Positions 1 through 8,902 of a DNA stretch of 26,327 bases are shown here, one piece after another; position 1 is the stretch's first letter, and the number at the start of each line of letters is the position of its first letter. Both the position numbers and the translations under genes were made by a program. The stretch is from positions 1-26,327 of the forward strand of contig JBAXKC010000034.1 in assembly GCA_037137535.1 (NCBI GenBank), read 5' to 3'. The DNA comes from a bacterium. Lineage in GTDB: Bacteria; Cyanobacteriota; Vampirovibrionia; Gastranaerophilales; JBAXKC01. Below the pieces are notes generated by a model that saw only the letters and a program-made list of their open reading frames with translations, was not told the origin of the DNA and ran no database searches.

Positions 1-181
1 GAAACTCGTGGAGTACTAAGTTCTAATCGTTAGGAAAAACGGGGGCAGGTCAATAGGTGCTTAATTGTATCGTTTTTGATATGATTAAAATTTAATTCAA
101 AATAACAATTTACAAATGTTGAAAAGTTCTTTAACATGATAATTAATACATTGAGAATAGCTTTTCGAGAAAGGATTTGCC

Positions 182-1675
182 ATGTTTGATAAGGGAAGAC
201 GTGAATATTTGGTCAGAACCTGTCCTGCTGATGATCCCGATGTATTGGAAAATCTATTAAATTCTTATGCTATTGCAGACTGGGAGCTTTATATGCTCCA
301 TGAAACAGAAGGGAAAAACGGCACTTTACAATATAATTGTATTTTTAACAGAGAAGCTGTTGAAGAAAAAGAATTAGAAGACAAAGAACTGATTGATGTA
401 AGCAATTTTAAGACGAGAATGGAAAAAAGTCTTCTCCCTTCAAAAGATGCTTATGGGCTTTGTGTTGACATTCAACAACAGATTATTCAACAGCAAAATG
501 AAATTGATAAAATTAAAGAGCGTTTTGACTCAAGTAGTATTACTGATGACGAAAGAGAAGAATTAAACGAGCAAATTTCTTTAAAACTGGAAGATGTAGA
601 AGATTTAAAAGCTGCCTTAACTCAGATAATTGGCCCAGAACCAGCTTATGAAAGAATAAGTCAGGAAAAAATAACTCTAATAGTTAGCGAAGAGCTTACT
701 GATATTGTTGATATTAATAAAGACGGTTCCTTGATTTCTGAAAGTGTAAATCTTAGACAGAAATTAACGGATAAATATGGCTATGTTTTACCTACGATAA
801 GATTTACAAACCTTGAAGCAATTGAGGCTAATGAATTCAGAATTGATATTCGTGGAATTAAAGCCTTTTCAGGGTATGTTTACCCTGGCTTTATAAGGCT
901 TTTTGCAGGACAGGCAAATATCATAAGAAAGCCTAAAAATGCGATAGAAGATATTGATCCTATAACAGGTAAAAAGGTCTTTTGGATAGAAGAATCAAAA
1001 ACAAAAACATTTTGGGAAAAAGGCAAAACAACAACAGACGTCATTATTGAAGCTCTTGAATATTGTCTTTTAAAACATGTTGATCTTGTTCTTGATTATA
1101 GTGACATAAATAGATATATAGAAATAGCTGGAACAGAAAATTTATTTTTAGTTGAAAATATAATTACTGAAGCTCTAACTATTTCTGATTTAAGATCAAT
1201 TTTTGCATCGCTGATAAGAGAAAAAGTTTCAATAAAAGACATAATCTTTGTTTTTGAAAAATTCAATGATGTAATTAATGAAGGAAATACAAAAGAGGAA
1301 TTCCTTGAAAAACTTAGAATTAAATTAAAAAGACAAATTTGTAATTCTATTGCTGACACTAATGGAACAATAAATGCAGTTTTATTAGCAGAAGATTGTG
1401 AAGAGCTTTTATCTGAGATATTAGCCAATGAAACATACGAAGGTTCTTATAAAATGGTAGCTAACAGTAAGGTTGAAAAAATTATAAAATCAGTAATTGA
1501 TATTATCAAATCCGGTAATTATGATTTATCTTCATTTGCTTTTATAGTTCCGGCCGGAATAAGAAAAAGCTTGTTTCTTCTTTTAAATGAAGTGGTACCG
1601 AGTATAAACGTAATTGCTTATGAAGAAATGGATAAAACCTATAATTTTGAAATAGTCGGCAGAATTAAGTGTTAA
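182..1675 (+). CDS. Soluble FlhA/SctV cytoplasmic-domain (FHIPEP-like) protein with N-terminal DUF4177-like domain and coiled coil
   Basis: C-terminal ~330 aa follow the FlhA-C pattern (LRQKLTDKYGYVLPTIRFTN..IEANEFRIDIRG; DPITGKKVFWIEE; IFASLIREKVSIKDIIFVFE; LEKLRIKLKRQIC; IRKSLFLLLNEVVPSINVIAYEEM). No transmembrane segments. N-terminus REYLVRT..LENLLNSYAIADWEL resembles DUF4177. Confidence 0.8.
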   Translation: MFDKGRREYLVRTCPADDPDVLENLLNSYAIADWELYMLHETEGKNGTLQYNCIFNREAVEEKELEDKELIDVSNFKTRMEKSLLPSKDAYGLCVDIQQQIIQQQNEIDKIKERFDSSSITDDEREELNEQISLKLEDVEDLKAALTQIIGPEPAYERISQEKITLIVSEELTDIVDINKDGSLISESVNLRQKLTDKYGYVLPTIRFTNLEAIEANEFRIDIRGIKAFSGYVYPGFIRLFAGQANIIRKPKNAIEDIDPITGKKVFWIEESKTKTFWEKGKTTTDVIIEALEYCLLKHVDLVLDYSDINRYIEIAGTENLFLVENIITEALTISDLRSIFASLIREKVSIKDIIFVFEKFNDVINEGNTKEEFLEKLRIKLKRQICNSIADTNGTINAVLLAEDCEELLSEILANETYEGSYKMVANSKVEKIIKSVIDIIKSGNYDLSSFAFIVPAGIRKSLFLLLNEVVPSINVIAYEEMDKTYNFEIVGRIKC

Positions 1676-1710
1676 TTAATTTATAAAAATACTACGATTT
1701 ATTAATAACC

Positions 1711-1743
1711 GAAAAGCCTTTGTTTAGATAACAAGGGCTTTTC
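1711..1743. terminator. Bidirectional intrinsic terminator
   Basis: GAAAAGCCTTTGTT-TAGAT-AACAAGGGCTTTTC 14-bp stem between convergent genes. Confidence 0.85.
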
Positions 1744-1750
1744 AATGTAA

Positions 1751-2644
1751 TTAAAGATAACAAACCAATGAGTTTTCGGTAATACATTGTTCTCTGATTT
1801 TTCTAATTGCACGAATTTCAGTTTGTCTTATACATTCTTTTGTCACACCGTATAATTTGCCGATTTCATCAAGAGTTTGAATTCTAAAATTACTTAAACC
1901 ATATCTTCTTTTTAAAACTTCTCTTTCTCTATCTTTAAGTTTTATCAACATTTTTTCAAGATCTTTTTTTAAATGTTCAGCCTCAGTTTGCTCATCAGTT
2001 TTAGCGTTATAATCAACTAAAAACTCTGCGTAATTAATTTCACTTCCATCTTTTAATTCAATAGCAGCATCAATTGAAAATGATTTAATTAAGGCATTTC
2101 TGCAATTTTCAAGTTTATTTTTTTCAATATTAACCATTTCTGCAATTTGATCGTCAGAAAAAATAGAACTATGCTCTTTTTGCAAAGTTTCTTTTGCTTT
2201 TGATAATTTAGAGAGAGTTTCATATACATAAACAGGAATTTTTACGCTGTGCGACTGCTCGGAGATAGCTTTATTTATTGATTGTCTAATCCACCATGTT
2301 GCATAAGTGCTAAATTTATAACCATATTTATAATTATATTTTTCAGCTGCCGCAATTAGCCCTAAATTACCTTCTTGAATTAAATCAATAAATGGAAGGT
2401 TATTTTTAATATACTTTTTGGCAATGCTTATTACTAATCTTAAATTTCCTCTTATTAATTTTGTTTTTGCTGATAAATCACCATCAGCAATTTTTTTCCC
2501 TAATTCAATTTCTTCTTTGTGTGTTAATAATTGATATTTAGAAATTTGCTTTAAATAAGCCTTTACAGCGTCGTCCTGAAAAAAATTAGTGTCTTTAACT
2601 TCATTTGAGATAGCAGAATCAATTTTTTCACATTTTTCTAGCAT
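1751..2644 (-). CDS. RpoD/SigA-family sigma-70 factor lacking region 1.1 (group 2-like)
   Basis: Region 1.2 [17 protein letters not shown]; region 2 [34 protein letters not shown]; region 4 [20 protein letters not shown]. Shine-Dalgarno GAAGGAG upstream. Confidence 0.92.
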   Translation of the reverse strand: MLEKCEKIDSAISNEVKDTNFFQDDAVKAYLKQISKYQLLTHKEEIELGKKIADGDLSAKTKLIRGNLRLVISIAKKYIKNNLPFIDLIQEGNLGLIAAAEKYNYKYGYKFSTYATWWIRQSINKAISEQSHSVKIPVYVYETLSKLSKAKETLQKEHSSIFSDDQIAEMVNIEKNKLENCRNALIKSFSIDAAIELKDGSEINYAEFLVDYNAKTDEQTEAEHLKKDLEKMLIKLKDREREVLKRRYGLSNFRIQTLDEIGKLYGVTKECIRQTEIRAIRKIREQCITENSLVCYL

Positions 2645-2941
2645 AACAAAATCTCCTTCAATTTTCTAACGGCGGGATAATTGATGGTATTGATTTTTGC
2701 AGGATATATCACATTTTAAAGTATGGTTATGACTCCTATTAATTTCTAATAGAATTTTGTACTTGAATTTTCGCACTATAGTCCGTCCACTAAAGCAACA
2801 TACCAAAGTTAAACGTCATAACGCCTGATATAGATTGATATTAAGTTTTAAAATCTATGCTAATGCTGTCAATATGATAAAAGTATATTTTGACTTTTGT
2901 AAAAGTTATTTATTACTGGCGACTGCTCTCTTATATAATTA

Positions 2942-2970
2942 ATATTAACAGAGGATATACTTTCCGTCAA
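2942..2970 (-). promoter_or_regulatory. Sigma-70 promoter for the sigma factor gene
   Basis: Minus strand TTGACG-17 nt-TAATAT with extended TG. Implies an ~290-nt 5' leader. Confidence 0.6.
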
Positions 2971-3415
2971 TTGACATGTAACCAAATGTAAAGACGAATT
3001 TTTAAAACAATCCAGCTACTTAATATTTCTTAATGATAATTAAGCTGGTGAGTTAGCCTTGTAGTTGAGTAAAAATCAGAAAATTATAGCAACTTAATTC
3101 AATCTATTACACAAAAGTGATTTAAAGAATTTTAAAGATTGGCAGAAACGTGGCTATCTAATGACTATTTTGTATATATATGATTATTTTCTTGTCTTCT
3201 TATTACTTTTGTAAACATTAATATTAAAATATAACCATATATATATCCTAATCAAAAATTTGCTTACAAAGCAAAAAGCATTATTAAATAAAACTATTAT
3301 ACAAATCATTTTATTGTTAACTCATAAAAGGATAAATATCCGTTCACAATTAGGCTTTTCAAACATTAAATGATAAACTCTTTAACCAATTCATCTTATT
3401 GCGATTATAGTTAAT

Positions 3416-4210
3416 ATGGTAAATCATAAAGAAGATGAGGCTATTTTAACAAAACATATAATGAAACAATCTAATGTAAAAAATAAATATAAAATATTAT
3501 TAGTAGAAGATAATATTACAAACCAAAAATTAACAGCCAAAGTCTTAAATAATTGTGGTTATATTTGTGATATTGCAAATAATGGACGAGAAGCTATTAA
3601 TGCTTATAATGCTGTTAATTACGATTTAATTCTTATGGATTGTCAAATGCCTGTGATGGATGGGTATGAAGCAACAATGATAATAAGAGAGATGGAACAT
3701 AATGAAAAACATATTCCAATAATCGCAATGACAGCTAATGCTCTTGAAGGTGACGAAGAAAAATGCCTTATTTCTGGAATGGATGGATATATAACTAAAC
3801 CAATTAATCAGAAAACACTTATCTCTGAAATAGAAAAAGTTATAAATGATGAACTAGTTATAAATAAAGTCGAGTCAAATCCTCAAGATAAATATTTAAA
3901 AATATTACAAGTTATAGTAGACGGACATGAGTTCACTAATGAAGAAGCAGAAGAACTTTTAGCAGAATATATAAAGTCTCTGCTTGATATGACAATAACA
4001 ATTACAAATGCTATTAAAGAAAATAATTTTAAAGCAATTGCCGAGAAAGCTCATTCTTTAAAAGGCACTAGCGGAAATTTAAACATTAATGAACTTAGAG
4101 AGTCAGCCATTGAACTAGAAATAGCGGCTAAAGTTACTAATATAGAACTATGCAAAGAAGCTTGCGACAAAATAAGCATGTTTATTAAAAGTATAAATTA
4201 TAACAATTAA
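3416..4210 (+). CDS. Response regulator receiver + Hpt domain protein
   Basis: KILLVEDN, YDLILMDCQMPVMDG, IPIIAMTANA, MDGYITKP (hybrid-kinase-type receiver). Hpt motif KAHSLKGTSGNL. Start may be slightly downstream. Confidence 0.88.
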   Translation: MVNHKEDEAILTKHIMKQSNVKNKYKILLVEDNITNQKLTAKVLNNCGYICDIANNGREAINAYNAVNYDLILMDCQMPVMDGYEATMIIREMEHNEKHIPIIAMTANALEGDEEKCLISGMDGYITKPINQKTLISEIEKVINDELVINKVESNPQDKYLKILQVIVDGHEFTNEEAEELLAEYIKSLLDMTITITNAIKENNFKAIAEKAHSLKGTSGNLNINELRESAIELEIAAKVTNIELCKEACDKISMFIKSINYNN

Positions 4211-4279
4211 TTAACTTGCAGTCATTATTGTTTATATAAATATAAAAAAGACTACAGATCTAAAAAGTGGGCTAAATAA

Positions 4280-4550
4280 GAAAACGCTAAAACTCTTTAA
4301 CAACCAGGGTAATCGTAAATCCTTGTCTCTGTTGTTAAACCTAAATTATGACTCTTTTAAGTGTAAGTATAAATCTTCTGATTTTAGCCCATGAAGTTCA
4401 GATAATCTGCTCTAAAAACTTTCAATTCCACATATGATTTCTAACTTGGCAAACTCCTAGAATGGTTGTTACGTTGGTGTTCATAACCATTAAATACTAA
4501 TCCATCTTATGCTTTAAATTTATCCGTATAAACAGTTGAATTTATTCTTT
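4280..4550 (-). pseudogene. Decayed IS1595-family (ISXO2-like DDE) transposase C-terminal remnant
   Basis: Manual minus-strand translation across stops and frameshifts: STVYTDKFKA*DGLVFNGYEHQRNNHS / EFAK / RNH / GIESF*S RLSELHGLKSEDLYLHLKES*FRFNNRDKDL. Matches the IS1595 motifs vyTD..aYdgL, H.rvnH, HiNgIEsfWs, YLhLkE.efRFN.R. Confidence 0.8.
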
Positions 4551-4569
4551 AGGGATTTACTTATTCGTT

Positions 4570-5631
4570 TTATCTGTTCTTTTCTTTTGATTTTAAGACT
4601 TGAGCTAAAAGTGGCGGTTGTTTTTCTTTTAGGACTTTTTTTAACTCTTTTGATGATTCAGGGTTAAAAGAGGTGGTAAATCCATCTGAAGTTAGAGAAT
4701 AATCCTTATAAGAATTAATAAATCCCTTTATAAATTCAGGTTTCTGTGAATGATTATTAAATATTCGTTTATAAGTTTTATATGCAAATGTTGAGGCTTC
4801 ATCCGTTTTCCAATTTAATGTATTACCATATTGATCATCAAATGATTTTACAGTTAAGGCTGTAATTAAAAAATTATGCAATTCTTCCTGTAAGCTGTCA
4901 TCTTTAATATTATTTATCAAATGTCCTGTTTCATGAGCTAAAAAGGCTTCAAGAGCAAATTTATTGGTTTTATTATCAACTTTGAGCAAATCTTCTCTAA
5001 TTACTATTTCTCCTGTTTCGCATATTGTTTGTATAGGATTAGAACAAGTTGCAAGGTATGCTCCATCTAAATCAACATTAACTGCTTTAATCTTTTTGTT
5101 GTTATTTATAAGAATGTTTACTGAGTCCATTCCGCTTCTTATTTGAAGTGGAGCGCCAATTAGCTTTTCTGCATATTCTATGTCTTTAGCAGTGAATTTT
5201 ACCTTACTTAATTCGACTATTAAATCTATAATTCTTGTATCATTATCTGTTAAGTCTATAATTTTTTGCATTTGTTCGTAGGTAAGTTCAGTTTCTGCTT
5301 TTTCAGTTGGTTGAGATGCTAAAACATCAATATTTTTTATGAAAGGCTGAATTGTTGCCGAAGTATTTGAATTTTTTTCTACTATTGTAGTTGTTGGTTG
5401 TTCAATTTCTGGAGTTATGGATTCATTTTTTTTCATTCCACAACTTCCAAGATTTGTACATAGATAACCTAATGCAACAATACTTGCAACAAAGGCTAAT
5501 TTTGGATTTGAGCCAAACGATGTTATTTTCTGGTGATCTTGTATATTTGCAGTTATATTTTTGCATTCTTTATTTTCATTAATTTTTCTATAATTTTGAT
5601 TAATCCCATGAGTTCTATTTATAGTTAACAT
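4570..5631 (-). CDS. Putative zinc metallopeptidase-like protein (HExxH), membrane-anchored or exported
   Basis: FLAHETGHLIN..DDSLQEE zincin-like motif; hydrophobic segment LAFVASIVALGYLC. Start moved from 5709 to the ATG at 5631, which follows a purine-rich stretch. Confidence 0.6.
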   Translation of the reverse strand: MLTINRTHGINQNYRKINENKECKNITANIQDHQKITSFGSNPKLAFVASIVALGYLCTNLGSCGMKKNESITPEIEQPTTTIVEKNSNTSATIQPFIKNIDVLASQPTEKAETELTYEQMQKIIDLTDNDTRIIDLIVELSKVKFTAKDIEYAEKLIGAPLQIRSGMDSVNILINNNKKIKAVNVDLDGAYLATCSNPIQTICETGEIVIREDLLKVDNKTNKFALEAFLAHETGHLINNIKDDSLQEELHNFLITALTVKSFDDQYGNTLNWKTDEASTFAYKTYKRIFNNHSQKPEFIKGFINSYKDYSLTSDGFTTSFNPESSKELKKVLKEKQPPLLAQVLKSKEKNR

Positions 5632-6025
5632 TAACCCACTCTCTCTAAATAATTCACAAAAAAAACTAACCTTGATATAAATAGCTAGAGGTATTTTTTC
5701 CCTATTCATTAAAAGTTTGCAAATAAAAAAAATTAATAGTATTAAAAAAAAATATTTAAATAATTTATTCGAATTTAAGTTTACAATGATAAGAATTTAT
5801 AAAATTAAACAGATTTGCTTATATTTTTTTTATTAAGATAATCCACTAAAATTACTTTATTTTCTTTTTAAATTAATTGTAGTCAGCTTTTTACTTTCTT
5901 GTATTCTCATATTAAACTATCAATATGTATATGGTTTAGTCTCTAAAATCGAAATAAATAGATCTTTAATTTAAGATACTTTTGATTTCAAGTTTCTATT
6001 TTATAATTAAAATAAGAGGTTTATT

Positions 6026-6922
6026 ATGTTAAATAAAGTAAAAGTATCAATTGTTCAGTCTTCAACTGTATTTTTTGATAAACATAAAACATTAAATAAA
6101 GTTGCGGAGTTTACTAGACAAGCTAAGCAAAATAATACAAATCTTGTTTTATTTCCTGAAACTTTCATAGGAGGCTATCCAAAGGGTGAAGATTTTGGTG
6201 TAAAACTAGGCTATAGGAAATCAGAAGGTAGAGATTTATATAAAAAATATTATGACTCTGCTATAGACACTAGTAGTGATTCAGAGGATATTAAATTTTT
6301 ATCTGAGCTGGCTCTGGAAAATGAAGTATATCTTGTTATAGGGGTATTAGAAAAAGAAGGTGGTACACTTTATTGTTCAGTCGTGTTTTTTGCACCTGAT
6401 GGAACTTATCTTGGTAAGCATCGTAAATTAGTTCCAACTGCTATGGAGAGGATAATTTGGGGGCAAGGTGACAGTTCTACGATACCAGTATTCAACACAA
6501 ATATAGGAAATATTGGAGCTGTTATTTGCTGGGAAAATTATATGCCTTTATTAAGAACACATATGTATCAAGAAAATATCCAGTTATATTGTGCTCCAAC
6601 TGTTGATGATAGGGATAATTGGCTTTCGACAGTTCGGCATATTGCTTTAGAAGGACGTTGTTTTGTCTTATCTGCCTGTCAATTTATGACTAAACAAGAT
6701 TATCCTGAGGGAATTGCATTAAATGAAAAATCTGAAATTTTAATTAGAGGTGGAAGTTGTATTGTTAGTCCTCTTGGAGAATTTTTAGTTGAACCTGTTT
6801 ATAATAAAGAATGTATAATTTCTGCTGAATTGAATTTAGATGATATTATAAAAGCTAAATTTGATCTTGATGTAGTCGGGCATTATGCTAGACCTGATAT
6901 TTTTCAATTAAATATTAAATAA
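6026..6922 (+). CDS. Nitrilase (class 1, carbon-nitrogen hydrolase)
   Basis: Catalytic triad E (FPETF), K (HRKLVPT), C (ICWENYMP); C-terminal DVVGHYARPDIF. SD AAGAGG. Confidence 0.92.
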   Translation: MLNKVKVSIVQSSTVFFDKHKTLNKVAEFTRQAKQNNTNLVLFPETFIGGYPKGEDFGVKLGYRKSEGRDLYKKYYDSAIDTSSDSEDIKFLSELALENEVYLVIGVLEKEGGTLYCSVVFFAPDGTYLGKHRKLVPTAMERIIWGQGDSSTIPVFNTNIGNIGAVICWENYMPLLRTHMYQENIQLYCAPTVDDRDNWLSTVRHIALEGRCFVLSACQFMTKQDYPEGIALNEKSEILIRGGSCIVSPLGEFLVEPVYNKECIISAELNLDDIIKAKFDLDVVGHYARPDIFQLNIK

Positions 6923-6945
6923 TTCGTATTTATTTAACACTACAC

Positions 6946-6979
6946 AAAACGAAGTAAAATTATAATTTTACTTCGTTTT
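6946..6979. terminator. Perfect 34-bp palindrome, bidirectional terminator
   Basis: AAAACGAAGTAAAATTA|TAATTTTACTTCGTTTT between the convergent nitrilase and hisF2. Confidence 0.8.
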
Positions 6980-6984
6980 TAACT

Positions 6985-7758
6985 TTAATAATTGAAAAAA
7001 CTAAATAAATTTCCCAATAGTTCTCTATCTGGATAATTTACTAAAACTGCTTTTCTAGCTCCATGAAAAACAAAGATACTTCCCGCTGCAACGGCACTTG
7101 CGTTGCCTAGCTTAACAGCGTCAGTTAAGTCTTCGTATTTTCCACATCCTCCACAGGCTATAACAGGAATATCAACGCTATTGCATATTTGATTAATAAT
7201 ATCTATGTCATAACCGCTTAATGTTCCATCTTTTTCTATAGAGTTAATCATTATTTCGCCTGCTCCAAGTTTTTCCATGTTTTGAGCATGTTTAATAGGT
7301 GCAAGATTGGTGGATTTTGTTCCGTTTTTTGTGTAAACCTTATATTTTCCAAAAATATTTTTCTTTACATCTATTGAGACTATTACACTTTGACTGCCAA
7401 AAAGATTTGCTGCTTCGGTTATAAGCTCAGGAGTTTCTACTGCTGCTGTATTTATGATTACTTTTTCAGCGCCTGCATTTATAATCTGCTTAATATCGTC
7501 AATTGTTCTGATGCCACCACCGACAGAAAAAGGCATAAAAGCTTCATCTCCAATGTTTTGAATCACTTGGAGAGAGCTTATTCTGTTTTCTTTTGTTGCT
7601 TGAATATCAAGAAAAATAAGTTCATCCGCTTTTAAATTATTAAAAATTCTTACGGCATTTATAGGATCGCCAACATACTTGCCGTCTTTGAATTTGACTG
7701 TTTTGACAAGTCCTTTGTCCTTTAATAATAAAACTGGTATTACTCTTGGTCTGAACAT
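6985..7758 (-). CDS. hisF: HisF2/WbuZ/AglZ-type cyclase-like subunit (glycan amidation-associated)
   Basis: N-terminus RPRVIPVLLLKDKGLVKTVKF..YVGDPINAVRIFN and C-terminus AAGSIFVFHGARKAVLVNYP are typical of the polysaccharide-locus paralogue rather than histidine HisF (IIPCLDV). Confidence 0.85.
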   Translation of the reverse strand: MFRPRVIPVLLLKDKGLVKTVKFKDGKYVGDPINAVRIFNNLKADELIFLDIQATKENRISSLQVIQNIGDEAFMPFSVGGGIRTIDDIKQIINAGAEKVIINTAAVETPELITEAANLFGSQSVIVSIDVKKNIFGKYKVYTKNGTKSTNLAPIKHAQNMEKLGAGEIMINSIEKDGTLSGYDIDIINQICNSVDIPVIACGGCGKYEDLTDAVKLGNASAVAAGSIFVFHGARKAVLVNYPDRELLGNLFSFFNY

Positions 7759-8376
7759 TTAAAAGTCCTTTGCAAAGTTATTTATTATTTGTAATCCTTC
7801 ATCATGGCTTTTTTCAGGATGAAACTGCATTCCTGTTATATTATTTTTTTCTACAGCTGATGTGTATTCTATTCCATAATTTGTTTTACATAAAATATCA
7901 TTTTTATCGTTGCAATTAACGTAATAGGAGTGAACAAAGTAAAAAGAACTTGAATTATTTAAGCCTGACATAATCCGACTTTCTTTTTGAATGTTAATAG
8001 AATTCCAGCCCATGTGTGGAATTTTAAGTTTGTTGTTTAAGTCATTGAAGTTAAATTTAATCGTTTCGGCATTAATCCAGCCTAATCCTCTAACATCACC
8101 TTCTTGACTATGATTTGTGAATAATTGCATACCTAGGCATATTCCTAAAATTGGAGTTTTTTCTTCAATTACTTTAGTGTGTAATAACTCAATAAGCCCT
8201 AGTTTGTTTAAGTTTTCCATTCCGTTTTTAAAATGTCCTACACCAGGAAGAATCAATTTTTGAGCATTTTTTATGTCATTAGTAGCCGATGAAACGGTAG
8301 CTTCTATATTTAATCGTTTAAAGGCTTTATATACTGATCTTAAGTTGCCCATTCCATAATCAATTATTACAATCAT
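7759..8376 (-). CDS. hisH: HisH-type glutamine amidotransferase subunit (HisH2/WbuY-like)
   Basis: IIDYGMGNLRSV, LPGVG, GICLGMQL, PHMGWN, FYFVHSY, QFHPEKS. Stop abuts the hisF2 start. Confidence 0.9.
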   Translation of the reverse strand: MIVIIDYGMGNLRSVYKAFKRLNIEATVSSATNDIKNAQKLILPGVGHFKNGMENLNKLGLIELLHTKVIEEKTPILGICLGMQLFTNHSQEGDVRGLGWINAETIKFNFNDLNNKLKIPHMGWNSINIQKESRIMSGLNNSSSFYFVHSYYVNCNDKNDILCKTNYGIEYTSAVEKNNITGMQFHPEKSHDEGLQIINNFAKDF

Positions 8377-8736
8377 ATTAAATTCCAGATGTTTTTATTT
8401 ATAATTTTCATGACAATTTTAACATAAATAAATTTTGCCCTGTAAGTCTGTGCTTGTTTGGATATAAAAGATTAATCGTGAAATTAGTTTAATCTTCTTT
8501 ACTGAATTTCACTACATGTTCCAACATATTATTAAATCTCTATTTCTTAACTTTTTTCAAAATTCAGTAGTTAGTTTTCCTAAACGAGCTGATTTAGAAA
8601 GAATTTTAAAATAATTGTATAAATTCATCTTTGATTTTATTTTTGTTGATAATTAGGCATGTTTACAAGTATTTAGGTTTTTTTATGCTGCGGAATAATA
8701 AATTTTAAGAATTGTAAAATACTTTAAATAAAGTAC

Positions 8737-8763
8737 TAAAGTTTTTAATAAAGTTGCCGATAT
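8737..8763 (+). promoter_or_regulatory. Sigma-28 (FliA/SigD) promoter
   Basis: TAAAGTTT-N11-GCCGATAT, 15/16 match to the extended consensus TAAAGTTT-N11-GCCGATAA with exact spacing. Confidence 0.8.
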
Positions 8764-8769
8764 ATAAAT

Positions 8770-8848
8770 TATAAGACCAAACAAATGGTCATACCCCAAC
8801 CTCCTCCCCAAAGTCTGGTAGCCGCCCAAAAGGTGGCTTTTATTTTTT
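8770..8848 (+). ncRNA. Candidate small RNA (or terminated leader) with C-rich anti-SD loop
   Basis: 5' hairpin GACCA/TGGTC, then ATACCCCAACCTCCTCCCCAAAGTCTGGTA, then terminator. A GC-rich island in very AT-rich DNA directly after the sigma-28 promoter. Confidence 0.6.
8820..8848 (+). terminator. Intrinsic terminator
   Basis: AGCCGCC-CAAAA-GGTGGCT followed by TTTATTTTTT. Confidence 0.8.
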
Positions 8849-8902
8849 ATAGTATTGTATTATTGTAGTATTAATCTGTTTAGTGTTAGGTGTGTAGTTT
8901 AA

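Noticed and set aside
1-33. Possible 3' end of an upstream CDS (ETRGVLSSNR*)
   Set aside because: Too short to identify or support
2681-2740. Fluoride-riboswitch-like 3' motif (TATGACTCCTA) on the + strand
   Set aside because: No GGCGATGGAGTTCGCC-type 5' stem or pseudoknot partner, and no relevant downstream gene
2977-2992. TGTAAC-CAAA-TGTAAA direct repeat and other TGTAAA/TTTACA hexamers in intergenic regions
   Set aside because: Cannot be distinguished from chance in AT-rich DNA; no GTA-N8-TAC NtcA-type palindrome
4245-4491. Nested inverted repeats (TGGGCTAAA/TTTAGCCCA, TTTAACAAC/GTTGTTAAA) suggesting an ncRNA, MITE or c-di-GMP riboswitch
   Set aside because: Better explained as a decayed IS1595 coding remnant; GEMM elements are incomplete and out of order
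8478-8569. Inverted repeats and short minus-strand ORFs upstream of hisH
   Set aside because: AT-rich and short; no His-rich leader peptide or terminator geometry
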